From NCBI GenBank assembly GCA_034521815.1, contig JAXHLW010000011.1:40336-104335 (forward strand): DNA of 64,000 bases, read 5' to 3'. Both the position numbers and the translations under genes were made by a program. Origin of the DNA: Trueperaceae bacterium. GTDB lineage: Bacteria > Deinococcota > Deinococci > Deinococcales > Trueperaceae. The notes under the pieces were generated by a model that ran no database searches, was not told the origin of the DNA, and saw only the letters and a list, made by a program, of their open reading frames with translations. Below, piece after piece: positions 21,579 through 32,648 of the stretch. Position 1 is the stretch's first letter, and each line of letters starts with the position of its first letter.

Positions 21579-22749
21579 TCGACGCAGGCTTCGCCTCGCC
21601 GGTCGGCGCGTGCGTCCTCAGCGCAACGACGACGTCGACGAAGGCGTCGATCAGCTCCGGATCGAACTGCTCGCCCGCTTGCGCCACGAGCTCGGCGACG
21701 GTCTCGTCGTGCGTCCAGGCTCCCTTGTACGGTCGTTCGCTGGTGAGCGCGTCGTAGACGTCGACGAGGCTGAACATGCGCGCCAGCAGCGGAATCTCGG
21801 AGCCGGCTAGCCGGTCGGGGTAGCCGTGGCCGTCCCAGCGCTCATGGTGACTACGGACCACCTCCCTGGTACCGGGCGAGAGGAACGGAATGTCGCGGCA
21901 CATCTCGATCCCGATGACGGTGTGCCGGCGGATGTGCTCGAACTCGTCGTCCGTGAGCCGGCCCGGCTTCAGCAGGATCCCGTCGGGGATGGCGACCTTG
22001 CCGAGGTCGTGCAGGTACGCGCCCCAACGGAGCGCCTGCAACGTCGGCTCGTCCATCCCGAGCTTCTCGCCGAACGCGACCGCCAGCGCGACGACGCGGT
22101 CGGTGTGCCCCTTCGTCTCGTAGTCGCGGTACTCCAGGGCGACGCCCAGCGCCCGGAGGGTGGCTTCGTGCTGAGCTCGCTCCCGCTCGAGCAGGTCGAG
22201 ATTGCGCACGGCGATGGCGGCCAGCGTCGCCGTCATCATCAGGCCCGGCGTGTGCTGGTCGCGAAAGGCCGCGAGCTCGGGGCTCTGCACCTCGATCGCG
22301 CCGAAGACGCGTCCTTCGAGGCCGAACGGCACGGTCAGGCTGGAGCGTGGCGGGTTCTCTTCGAAATCGCTGCCGGTGTCGACGCGCGGCAGGCCTGCCG
22401 TGGCGACGGCCAGGTCGGGCGTGTTCACCACCTCGCCGCTGCGAATGGCGCGGCTCTGCGGACCCTGGTTGAGCGGGAGGTCGGGGAACTTGGTGAGATC
22501 GACGTTCTCCTCCAAGATCAGGTCGCCAGCGGCGTCGACCACGATGTCGGCCGAGTAGACGCAGCGGCGCATGCCGGTACCGGGTAGGTAGAGGACGACG
22601 AAGATCCCCGTGGCGGGCGAGGTACGAGCAGCGAAGCGCGTCAGGGCGCGGAACACCTCGCGCATCGAGCGCGCAGCGGCGATTCCCTGCGCGACCGTCG
22701 CGACCGGCTCCAGGTCGTTGCTCGGGAGGGGGATGGGCTCGTAGTCCAT
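21409..22749 (-). CDS. GAF + HD-GYP c-di-GMP phosphodiesterase
   Basis: ETKGHTDRV, LHDLGK, HHERWDGHGYP and DVYDALTSERPY. The 3' end is uncertain because it overlaps the convergent gene. Confidence 0.88.
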   Translation of the reverse strand: MDYEPIPLPSNDLEPVATVAQGIAAARSMREVFRALTRFAARTSPATGIFVVLYLPGTGMRRCVYSADIVVDAAGDLILEENVDLTKFPDLPLNQGPQSRAIRSGEVVNTPDLAVATAGLPRVDTGSDFEENPPRSSLTVPFGLEGRVFGAIEVQSPELAAFRDQHTPGLMMTATLAAIAVRNLDLLERERAQHEATLRALGVALEYRDYETKGHTDRVVALAVAFGEKLGMDEPTLQALRWGAYLHDLGKVAIPDGILLKPGRLTDDEFEHIRRHTVIGIEMCRDIPFLSPGTREVVRSHHERWDGHGYPDRLAGSEIPLLARMFSLVDVYDALTSERPYKGAWTHDETVAELVAQAGEQFDPELIDAFVDVVVALRTHAPTGEAKPASTTGSSGWAVRDACGHRRPKVARRVTRRGVRRAEGRCSGRASLPACGSGRRGCGRPA

Positions 22750-22936
22750 GTCGATTCTCGTAGTGTCCCACGCTCGGCCCACGCGAGGTTCGGCATCTGC
22801 GGGGATCGCCACCGTGCCTTGCAGCGCCGACCCGAAGCACCCGCGCATCGCGCGCCGGTAGCTTGTGCGACACGGGTGGTACGCTCACCGCCAACGAACC
22901 ACGAACCACGAACGCAGCGCATTCGACCACCGGGGG

Positions 22937-25242
22937 TTGAACGTGAACAGGGGTGTCCTGCATGCCGTCGTGACAACAGACGGTCGCTGGTTGCAGGTTT
23001 CGCCAGCGTTGTCCAGGTTGTTGTGGGGGCCAGGCGGGACCGTGCGTTCCCGCTCGCTGTACGACGTGATCCACCCCCGAGTCCGTCGCGTCGATGCGGA
23101 GGGTCGTGTCGGGCGCGGGCACGTCGAACGACACCTTCGGGTGCCAGCTGGTGCTGCACGACGGGTCGACCGTGTGGACGTACGTGCGGCTCGCCCGCGT
23201 CCACGACACGGCGGACGAAGCGGCAGACGAAGCGGACGACGAAGCGGCGGGCCAGACGCCCGCAGGGCGGGCGCACCTTACGTTCTCCTACCCTCTGCTG
23301 GCGTCCCGCCTGACGCCCGTCAGGTCCCCGGCGGACGACCGCTTTCGGGCGTTCTTCGAGAACAGCTTCGATGCCGCGTTCCTCACCGCTCCGGACGGGC
23401 GGATCCTCGAGGCGAACCCGGCGGCATCCGCCATGTTCGGCTACACGCTCGAGGAGCTACGCGCCAAGGGCAGATCGGCCGTCGTCGACACGAGCGATCC
23501 GCGCCTCGCCACGATGCTGCGCGAACGGGAGGCGACCGGCGCCACCCGCGGCCACCTGTCGATGCGCCGCAAGGACGGGTCGCGCTTCGAAGCGGACCTA
23601 GCGAGCAGCGTCTACACGGCCCCAGCGGCGAGGCGCGCACCAGCATCATGGTGCGAGACCTGACCGAACAGATCGAAGCGGAACAGGCCGACCGCCGCGA
23701 GACGATCGAGCTGGCCCGGCGCATCGAAGCGCTGACGGTCCAGACCAGCTTCGCGTCCAGTCCAGCAGCGATCTACCGAGCCCTGCTCGACTTCGCCATG
23801 GCCGTGTCGCCCGCCGAAGCGATGCTGATCACCGAACGAGGCGAGAACGGCGCGTCCCTCGTCGACGTCTACGCCGGCTGGAACATGGGCGGCGCCTCCT
23901 CCGAGGAAGCGCCGCCACGCATACAGTCCGCCGCGCACGATCCCGCGACGCTCGACGCCGTCCTCAGAGAAGGACGGAGCACGATCGTGGACGACCTTCT
24001 TGCCGGATCACGTCCGGGCTTCTCGCCGGTGCTCGGCCCTGCCAGCGTGGCGGAACGCTCCCGCTCGGCGGTGCTGCTGCCCATGGCGGTCCTCGGCAAG
24101 ATCGAGGGCATGGTCGAGTTCCGGTCGTCGCGACCCGGCGCGTTCGCCCAGCACCACGTGGCCCCGCTACGCCTGGCGGCGACCCTCGCAGCGATCAGCG
24201 TGAACGACCTTCGGCACCACGAACGCGAGCGGCAGGCCCGAAAGCGGGCCGAAGCCGGCTGGCGGCACCTCCAGGAGATCGTCGACCAAGCCCCGGTGAT
24301 GATGGCGACGGCAGGCGGACCGGAGCACGTCTTCACCAGCGCCAACCGGCTGTATATGGAGACGCTCGGACTCGAGGACATCGTCGGAAAGCGCGTCATC
24401 GACGTGCTTCCCGAGATCGAGGCGCAAGGCATCATCGACATCCTCGACCGCGTATACGACACCGGCGAGCCGTTCGTCGCGAACGGCATGCCGATGGACC
24501 TCGACGTTCAGGGAGAGGTCGACGCGGTTCTACTTCAACCTGGTCTACCAACCGATCCGCGACGGCGACGGCAAGGTCACCGGCATCCTGGCCAACGTGA
24601 ACGACGTCACCAGCCTGTTCCGAGCCAACGAGAGGCTGCACGCCCTCAACGTCGAGCTACGCGAAGCGTACGACCAGACCATCCGAAGCTGGGCCCTGGC
24701 GCTGGACATCTGGGACGAGGACACCGCCGGCCACAGCCAACGCGTCACCGACCTCACCGTCCGCCTGGCCACCCGCCTCGGCATCCACGGCGACGACCTC
24801 GAGCACGTCCGCCGCGGCGCGCAGCTGCACGACATCGGCAAGATGGCGATCCCCGACCGGATCTTGTCGAAACCGGGCACGCTCACGCCGGACGAATGGG
24901 AGATCATGAAGACCCACACCACCCAGGGCGCACGGTTCCTGGAACCGATCGCCTACCTCCGGCCCGCCATCGACATCCCCCGCCACCACCACGAACGCTG
25001 GGACGGCAGCGGCTACCCGGACGGCCTGGCCGGCGAGGCGATCCCCCTACCCGCCCGGATCTTCGCCGTCGTCGACGTCTACGACGCGCTCACCAGCGAC
25101 CGGCCGTACCGCGCGGCGTGGACGCACGAGCAGGCGATCGCGCACATCGAGGCCGGCACCGGCAGCCACTTCGACCCGCGGATCGCACCGGACTTTCGTC
25201 GAGATGATGGCGGACCGCGCCTCCCACGGTATGCGTCAGTAG
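22937..25242 (+). CDS. PAS-PAS-GAF-PAS-HD-GYP phosphodiesterase (about 4 frameshifts)
   Basis: PAS motifs (ANPAASAMFGY, RRKDGSRF), GAF, TAGHSQRV, LHDIGK and HHERWDGSGYP joined across frames. Confidence 0.78.
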
Positions 25243-26247
25243 GTCGGGAGTCCGGAGGCGTTCGCTTTGACGCCGAACTCCTCGCGGAAGCGCCGCGTGA
25301 TCTGGTGGAGCGCGTTCAGGCTCAGGGCGTCCCCGTACTCGCCGTCGCACGCCGCGAGCACCTGCTCGAGCTGCCCGACGTCGTTGATGCTCACCACCGT
25401 GCTGGCGACGTCGGGGCGTCAGCGAGAACCGCAGGGCCAGCTCGGTCCAGGACGTGTCCGGCTCGCCCAGCACGCGCTTCGCCTCCTCGAGCTGGTCGTA
25501 GGCGCGGTCCCATTCGGGCCCGTTCATGCGATCACCGGCGGGCAGCGCGGCGCGGTCGATCCGCTTGTCGGTCAGCAGGCCGCCCATGAGCGGCCGAATG
25601 CCGATGAAGCCCGCCCCGCGGCGTCGCAGCTCGGGGAACAGGTCCAGCATCTCCGTCTCGAGGAGATCGAAGTAGGCGACGACCCCTTCGAACAGGCCGG
25701 TCTCGAGGGCCGCGCGGGCGTACCCGACCGTGTAGGGAAACGTCGCGAGGTGGCCGATCTTGCCTTCGGACGTCAGCTCCTCGACGACTTCCCCGAGCGG
25801 CTCGACGATGCTCGGGAAGGTCGGCCAGCCGCTGCGGCTCGCCCGCCTCCTGGTAGGCCACGCGCGCGGTCCAGCGCTGCCACGCTGCAGGTGCTGCACC
25901 ACGGCGATCCGCTCGGCGTGCAGGTCGCGCAGCGCATCCTCCACCTGGGCGCGAAACGCCGCCTTGTCGAAGCGCTCCTCTCCCCAGTCGGGAACGTTGA
26001 CCTTGATGACGTGATGCACCTCGTCACGCTTGGGGTAGCGCGCCATGACCTCGCCGGTCGCCCAGCGGGTCCCGTACTCGTAGCTCGAGTGGACGCAGTT
26101 CACGCCGCGCTCGAGCGCCTCCTCCAGCGCATGCATGCCGTTCAGGCTCTTCTCGTCGCGACCCGGCTCCTTCGCCGCGAAGCGCATCGTGCCGAAACAG
26201 ACTTCCGACACGCGAAGGTCCGTGCTTCCGAACTGTCGGTACTTCAT
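25236..26247 (-). CDS. Aldo/keto reductase (frameshifted)
   Basis: MKYRQFGSTDLRVSEVCFGTM, EGKIGH and RPLMGGLLT; AGGAGG RBS. Confidence 0.82.
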
Positions 26248-26263
26248 GGTTCGCCTCCTCGTT

Positions 26264-27304
26264 TCACGTCCCGTCGTCGCTGCGCGCGGTGGCTCCGCGC
26301 GCCGGGACGGTCGACTGGCGCACTCGTTGACGACCGCGTGCGACCTTCTCACGGTACATGGCCCGGTCGGCGTGCTCGACGAGATCGTCGACGCTCGTCG
26401 CATCGTCGGGATACGTCGCCGACCCGACGCTGATGCCCAGCTCGATGTCGGGCGCCACGGCGAGGACGCGCCCCGTCGATCGCCGCTCGGATCCGGCTCG
26501 ATCACGGTCGCGCTACCGTCGCGGCCCCGGAGGAGGACGCCGAACTCGTCACCACCGAGACGAGCCACGGTGTCGCCGTCCCGGACGGTGGCGAGAAGGC
26601 GGATGGCCACCTCCAGGAGAACCGCGTCGCCGACCGAATGACCGTACCTGTCGTTGACCGCCTTCATCCCGTCCAGATCCGCCATGAGCACCTGACAGAA
26701 CACGCCCTCGCGGTCGGACGCGATCCAGGACGAGAGGCGGTCACGGAAGAACGCCCGGTTCGCCAGGCCCGTCAGGTCGTCCCGCGTGGCGCGACGGAAC
26801 AGCTCGTTGCCCTGTACGGCCGTGGCGTGGTGAAGCGCCGCGGCGATCAAGCCGGACATGAGCTCCAGCAACGCCACGTCCTCCGAGGCGAAGGCGTCGG
26901 CACGGGCGGCATAGACCTTCAGGACCCCGACCGGGCTCTCGCTGTACAGTGAGCGGTACCACGACCATCGAGATAGCGCCCACCTTGCGGGCCGCGACCA
27001 GGTCGACCCGCGGATCGGTCGCCGCGTCGTCGCAGACCAGGGTGACGCCCTCGCGCACGCACCGCCCGGAGAGGCTGGTGGCGGCGTCGAGGCGCAGACC
27101 CAGGTGCGGCTCGGCCGTGCCGGCGACCGCCCGGTACACCATCTCATCGCCTTCGAGCAGCTCGACGGCAGCGCCGTCCGCCTCCGTCAGCGTCAACGCT
27201 CGCTTCGCCACGACGTCCATGACGCCGTCGAGATCCAGTCCCAGCCGAGCGATGCTCGTCTGCGTCTCGATCACGGCCAGAAGCTGATCGGTGGTCGGCT
27301 GCAT
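26264..27304 (-). CDS. GAF-GGDEF diguanylate cyclase (frameshifts ~26950 and ~26480)
   Basis: GAF (SLSGRCVREG, DPRVD), DDLTGLANR, RDGD, GGDEF and ADRAMYREK. Confidence 0.8.
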
Positions 27305-27397
27305 GCGAAATCCCTCCGAACGTCGCGAGTCTACCCAGCGGCCATCGGGTACGCTCGTCGTCCTGTGCACGTCCAGCGGCCCGGTCTTCGTGGGCGG

Positions 27398-27712
27398 TCA
27401 GCCGACCAGCCTCAGCCCGACGATGCAGACGATGAGGCCCGCCAGCAGCGCGATCTTCACGAGCGACACCGCATCGGTGCCGGTCGCCATGCCGTACGCG
27501 ACCGTGAGCGCTGCACCGACGCCGACCCAGACCGCGTACGAGGTGCCGGTCGGCAAGCTCCGCATCGCGTACGCCAAGCCCGCCATGCTCGCGCTCAACG
27601 CGACGAAGAAGACGACGCTCGGCCCCATGCGCGAGAAGCCCTCGGACCGTCCGAGCGCCGTCGCCCAGACGGCCTCCAAGACGCCGGACACCAGAAGCAC
27701 GAACCATGCCAC
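27398..27712 (-). CDS. SMR family exporter, SugE/Gdx (guanidinium exporter)-like
   Basis: 104 aa, 4 TM segments. MAWFVLLVSGVLEAVWA carries G10, E13 and W16; GTSYAVWVGVG. Confidence 0.85.
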   Translation of the reverse strand: MAWFVLLVSGVLEAVWATALGRSEGFSRMGPSVVFFVALSASMAGLAYAMRSLPTGTSYAVWVGVGAALTVAYGMATGTDAVSLVKIALLAGLIVCIVGLRLVG

Positions 27713-27723
27713 CTGACCGACCC

Positions 27724-29016
27724 TCAGCTCTCGGAGAACCGGAACGGCAACGCTTCCAGCACCCGCGCGTAGTTCGCCAGCAGCGTCTCCTCGTCGTCCG
27801 CCCCCAGCCATAGCTGCGCGACGGCGTAGCTGTAGCTGTCCTGCTCCGGTAGCTCGCTCAGGCGCATGCCTTCGCGCACCTGCACGGCGATGCGGGTACC
27901 GGGCACCAGCGCTTCGGCGGCTCGGGTCTCGGCCGGCGTGGGGCAGCGTTCGACCGTCGCGTCGCCGGTGAACACGCGATGGAAGAAGTTCGCCGACACC
28001 GCGTACTCGCCCTCGCGGTGCGGCATGGCGGGGCGCCGGCCCAGCCCCAGGTCCACGGTCACCTGCTGATGGCTCAGCCCGTCCACCTGCTCGAACAGGT
28101 CGCAGTGGTCCTTCGCGATGCGCGTGTTGATCTCCAGGAGCCAGACGTGATCCTGCACCTCGTCCCAGAAGAACTCGATGTTGAACGCCGCATCGTCGTA
28201 GCCGACGTGCGTCATCACGCGGCGCGCGAGCTCGCGCATGCGCGCCTGCACCGGCTCCGGCAGCCGGGACGGGTAGAGGTAGTGGAAGAAGCTCAACACG
28301 TGCGGGTAGCGGATGGAATCCACGATGCCGTAGGCGACGACCTCGCCGTCCTGCACGTACCCCTCCAGCGTGCACTGCCAGCCGCCGATCATCTGCTCGG
28401 CCATGCAGGCGTGCCCCGCCACCGCACGGATTTCGGCGGGAAGCTCGGCCTGGGCCAGCACGTGGTCGAACGGCTCGGCGATCGAACGGATCCCGGCGCG
28501 AAGGCGCTCGATCGCCACCGCGAAGTCCTCCGGGCTGTCGATGCGGAACCCGAGCCAGGAGCCCGACGATTTGACCGGCTTGACGAAGAACGGGAACGAG
28601 AGGCCAGCCGCGCCGATCCGGTCGAGGACGTCGTCGTCGAACGGGTCGAACCAGGTGAAGCCGGGGACGGCTTCTGGAATCACCTCGCGCTGGGCGAGAC
28701 GGCTCCAGTACTTGTGCTGGCACTTCAGCAGCGCCTCGAGCCGCACCGAGCGGACGCCGAACCGCGGGCACAAGAACGGCAGCATGGTCGAGACCGGGAA
28801 GTCCATATAGCCGATGATCGCGTCGACCGTTCCCGCCTCGCCGGCGATCCGCGCCTCGGCTTCCGCCAGCATCGCCTCGATGTCCCATTCGTCCGTGTCG
28901 TAGATGGCGGCGGGGTCGATGACGCCGTGGAAGGTCACGTCCTCGACCCCCCGCAGGCGTTTCAGGCGCTCGTGGTTGAGATCGTTGAGGCCGACGACGA
29001 ACACGTTCTTGGGCAT
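27724..29016 (-). CDS. Uncharacterised ATP-grasp ligase
   Basis: FPFFVKPVKSSGS, EQMIGG, FNIEFF and LLEINTR ATP-grasp motifs; GAGGAG RBS. Confidence 0.85.
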   Translation of the reverse strand: MPKNVFVVGLNDLNHERLKRLRGVEDVTFHGVIDPAAIYDTDEWDIEAMLAEAEARIAGEAGTVDAIIGYMDFPVSTMLPFLCPRFGVRSVRLEALLKCQHKYWSRLAQREVIPEAVPGFTWFDPFDDDVLDRIGAAGLSFPFFVKPVKSSGSWLGFRIDSPEDFAVAIERLRAGIRSIAEPFDHVLAQAELPAEIRAVAGHACMAEQMIGGWQCTLEGYVQDGEVVAYGIVDSIRYPHVLSFFHYLYPSRLPEPVQARMRELARRVMTHVGYDDAAFNIEFFWDEVQDHVWLLEINTRIAKDHCDLFEQVDGLSHQQVTVDLGLGRRPAMPHREGEYAVSANFFHRVFTGDATVERCPTPAETRAAEALVPGTRIAVQVREGMRLSELPEQDSYSYAVAQLWLGADDEETLLANYARVLEALPFRFSES

Positions 29017-29085
29017 GGCACGCTCCTCGGGTGGCGCGGCGCCGGTGGCCGGCGCCACCGGAAGGGTGCGGTCGATACCGGCCGC

Positions 29086-31708
29086 TCAGTCGGAGGTCGG
29101 GGCCTTCGTCCGGAAGGTGCGGCCCTTCAGCCGCGCGATCGTGCCGTCGATGTCGTCCACGAGAAGCAGGAGCAGATCGCCGGGAGCCGCGGCGTCCATG
29201 GCGCGGCCGATGGCCGCGTACTCGTCCATGACGAACTCCACGCGGGCGCACCCGGCTCGGGAGGCGCCCCGCGCCATCAGCTCGGCGGACTCGCCGACGC
29301 GCCGGCCGCGCGGGTCCGTCTCGCACACGAAGAGCTCGTCGCACATCGCGGCCAGATGCGCTCCCAACGCCTCCAAATCCTCGTCCCGCCGGTTGCCCGG
29401 CGCGCTGGCCACACCGATGCAGCGTTCGACCGTCAAGCCCCGGACGAGCGGCTCGAGGGCCCTGATGGCGGGCACGTTATGCCCGTAATCGAGGAGACAG
29501 CGCACGCCGTCGGCCTCGATGAGGTTGGTGCGTCCGGGCAGCTGCGTGGGCGTGGGATGGAAGGTCTGCAGGCCCATGCGGATGTCGCCCAGGGTGAGCC
29601 CCAGCGCGTGCCCGGCCGCCGCGGCGGCCATCGCGTTCTGGACGTTGAACGGGGCGTGGCCTTCGAACGCGATCGGTACGTCGTTCACGTCGACGATCTC
29701 CGCCTCGACGCGCCCCTGCCGCATCACGATCCGCCCAGAGGCCACGGTGAAGACGGTGCCGTGATCGGCGACATGACGGGCCAGGACGTCGGCGTCCGGA
29801 TCCAGCGAGAAGTAGACGATGCGGCCACGCGACCACGGGACGCCGTGCTCCATCACGCGTGGATCGTCCGCGTTGAGGACGCAGGTGCCCTCGGGCTTGA
29901 CGGCGTCCACGACGACGGTCTTGCAGCGGGCGAGCTCGTCGAGCGTCTCGATGTCGCGCTCCCCCAGGTGATCGCTGTCGATGTTCAGCAGGACGCCGAC
30001 GTCGCAGGCGTCGAAGCCGAGCCCCCGCCGCATGATCCCGCCCCGGGCGACCTCCAGGACGGCGTGATCGACGGTGGGCTCGCGCAGCACCACGCCGGCC
30101 GCCATCGGTCCCGAGTAGTCGCCGCGCATGACGATGTGATTGTCGATCTCGATGGTCCCCGTGCAGGCCAACCCCACCTGGCGCCCCGCCTGGCGCAGCA
30201 GGTGCGCCAGCAGCCGCGACGTGGTGGTCTTGCCGTTGGTTCCGGTGATGGCGGTGATGGGGATGCGGCCGTCGTCCGCGGGGTCCGGGAAGAGCATGTC
30301 CACCACGGCCTCGCCCACCGGCCGGCCGGCGCCGTGCGTCGGCGCCATGTGCATGCGGAAGCCGGGACCGGCGTTGACCTCCACCACCCCCGCCGACTGC
30401 GCCTCGAGCGGCTCTGCGAGCGTCTCGGCCAGCAGGTCGATGCCGATGATGTCCAGTCCGATCAGGCGCGCGATGCGTTCGGCGGCGTACACGACCTCGG
30501 GATGCACGTCGTCGGTGCGGTCGGTCGCGGTGCCGCCCGTGGACATGTTGGCGGTCGACTTGAGCCACACGACCTCGCCCTCGGGGATCACGTGGCCGAA
30601 CGTCAGGCCCGCTTGGGCGACCAGGCGGGTCGTCTGCTCGTCGATGTGGATCTGCGTGAGCAGGTTCTCGTGTCCCACGCCTCGGCGCGGGTCGGCGTTC
30701 TCTTGGTCGATCAGCTCCTGCAGGGTCGCGGCGCCGTCGCCCACCACGTGCGCCGGCCGTCGCCTGGCGGCGGCGACCAGCTTCCCGTCGATCACCAGCA
30801 GCCGGTGGTCCTCGCCCCGGATGTAGCGCTCGACGACCACGGCGTCGTGACGCTGCCGGGCGGCCTCGAACCCTACCGTGAGCGCCTCGGGCGTGCCGAT
30901 GTCGGTCGAGACGCCACGCCCGTGGTTCCCGGAGAGCGGCTTGGTGACGACCGGATAGCCGATCGCCTCCGCCGCCGCCAGCGCCTCGGCCAGGTCGTAG
31001 CAGATGCGGCCCTCCGGCACGGGGATGCCGGCGTCCCGGAGGATCTGCTTCGTCCAATCCTTGTCGTCGGCGATGGAGGTCCCCAGGATGTTGGTGCGGT
31101 TGGTGACGGTCGCCTGGAAGCGCTGCTGCTTCGTGCCCTGACCGAGCTGGATGTAGCTGGTGTCGCTGGTCCAGTCGGTAGTGGGGAATGCCGCGTCGCT
31201 TGGCGGCGTCGACGATCGCGCCCGTCGACGGTCCCAGCATGTTGGCGTCGCGCACCGCCTTGAGGCGGTCGATGACCGGCTCCAGGTCGACCACCGCGCC
31301 GTCGAACAGGGCCCGCACCAGCGCGACCGCCTCCTCCCCCGCGGCGAGCCCGCAGGCCTCGTCACGGTAGCGGTAGACGACGTTGTAGACGTTCGGCTCG
31401 TAGCTGTCGACCGTCTTGCCGTAGCCGACGGAGAAGCCGATCATGTTCTGCAGCTCGATCGCCAGATGCTCGACGACGTGACCCGCATACGTTCCCATCG
31501 CCACGCGCTGCAGGAAGCCGCCCGGCGTCCCGATCGAGCATCGGTGCTCGTAGATGCCGGGCATGAGCGCACGAAGGCGATCGGGCAAGCCCGGCACCAT
31601 GTCGCTGGTGCGATCGTGCAGGTTCTCGATGTCCAGCCGCAGGTAGATCGCCGGATACCGGCTGTAATAGTTGGGACCGCGCAGGGCGCGGTGCTCGAGG
31701 ATCTTCAT
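29086..31708 (-). CDS. cphA: Cyanophycin synthetase CphA1 (frameshift ~31170)
   Basis: N domain LRGPNYYS...EHRCS...GHVVEH; ATP-grasp KPLSGNHGRGV and EVNAGPGFRMH; Mur-ligase domain ITGTNGKTTT and DYGHN. About 870 aa once joined. Confidence 0.93.
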
Positions 31709-31721
31709 TCCTTCTTCGATA

Positions 31722-32567
31722 TCACGCCGGATCGTCTTCGTGAGGTACGGGCCACTCATCGTGTGCGTGAATGAAGGCGCGCCGCTTCACGTCGTAGCCA
31801 TAGCCACTGGCGAGTGCGTGCATGATCACGTGCTCGACCGCGACCGGCTCGCCCACCTCGAGATCGACCACGTTCGTGTGGCGCAGCTGGCTGCTGTCCA
31901 CGACGATCACCAGGCCCGGCCCGACCGCCTCGAGCACGGGGCCGGGATGGATCACCACGGCGGCGTCTTCCCCGATGCCCACCCCGACGTACTCGGGGTT
32001 GGTGGTGCCCACCTCCATCAGCCGCGTGAAGCGGCCACGTTCCAGGAAGTGGCTGTCGATCACGATCCCGCGCGCGAAGGCCAGGCCCGCCGCCATCTTC
32101 ACCGCGCCCTTGCGGAGCGCGTTGGCGGCGTCGCCGTCGTAGATCATGGTGGCCGTCAGCGCCGCAGCGCCCGCGCTGGTCCCGGCGACCACGGCGCCTG
32201 CGGCATGGCGTTCACGGATCGCCGTCAGGAACGGCGATCCGCCGAGAACGTTGGTGAGCCGCAGCTGATCGCCGCCACTGATGAAGATCAAGCCGCACGC
32301 GTCGAGGATCGCCAGCTGCGCCGGGTCGTGGGCCGCCGCCCGGTCGGGCACGTCCAGGTGGTGCACGGCCCGTGCGCCGAACGCCTCGAAGGCGTGGAGG
32401 TAGGCGGAGAAGGCGTCGGCGGGATAGCGGCTGGCGGTGGTGATCACGCCGACATCGAACGGCTCTCCGGGCACGAGGTCGAGGACGCGCTTGAGCACGG
32501 CCGACTCGGTGGTCCGGTCCTCGGCGCCGCCGATGGCGATCAGGGCACCGCTCTTTGGAGGGGTCAT
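31722..32567 (-). CDS. cphB: Cyanophycinase (peptidase S51)
   Basis: IGGAED, GGDQLRL, GTSAGA (Ser), IDSHF (His) and GIGED (Glu). Confidence 0.93.
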   Translation of the reverse strand: MTPPKSGALIAIGGAEDRTTESAVLKRVLDLVPGEPFDVGVITTASRYPADAFSAYLHAFEAFGARAVHHLDVPDRAAAHDPAQLAILDACGLIFISGGDQLRLTNVLGGSPFLTAIRERHAAGAVVAGTSAGAAALTATMIYDGDAANALRKGAVKMAAGLAFARGIVIDSHFLERGRFTRLMEVGTTNPEYVGVGIGEDAAVVIHPGPVLEAVGPGLVIVVDSSQLRHTNVVDLEVGEPVAVEHVIMHALASGYGYDVKRRAFIHAHDEWPVPHEDDPA

Positions 32568-32648
32568 CGGTCGTCACGATAGCCCGGACGGCGGGCCGCG
32601 GTGGTATGCGACGCGCTAGAGCGCACGACGGGTCGGTCCAGGCACGGC

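Noticed and set aside
27305-27397. Guanidine-III-like words (GGACGA...CGTACCCG)
   Set aside because: They lie downstream of the SMR gene and lack the required pairing; a TAGACT promoter for the GGDEF gene explains the region.
31160-31180. Programmed frameshift or naturally split cphA
   Set aside because: No slippery sequence; removing one G restores a canonical CphA1, like the many other indels in the window.
27979-31263. Very long ORFs on the opposite strand or in alternative frames (1094 aa here; also 15202-18054, 52502-55228, 36321-38885 and 1078-3504)
   Set aside because: Shadow ORFs of real genes in high-GC DNA; Arg/Ala/Pro-rich with no recognisable motifs.
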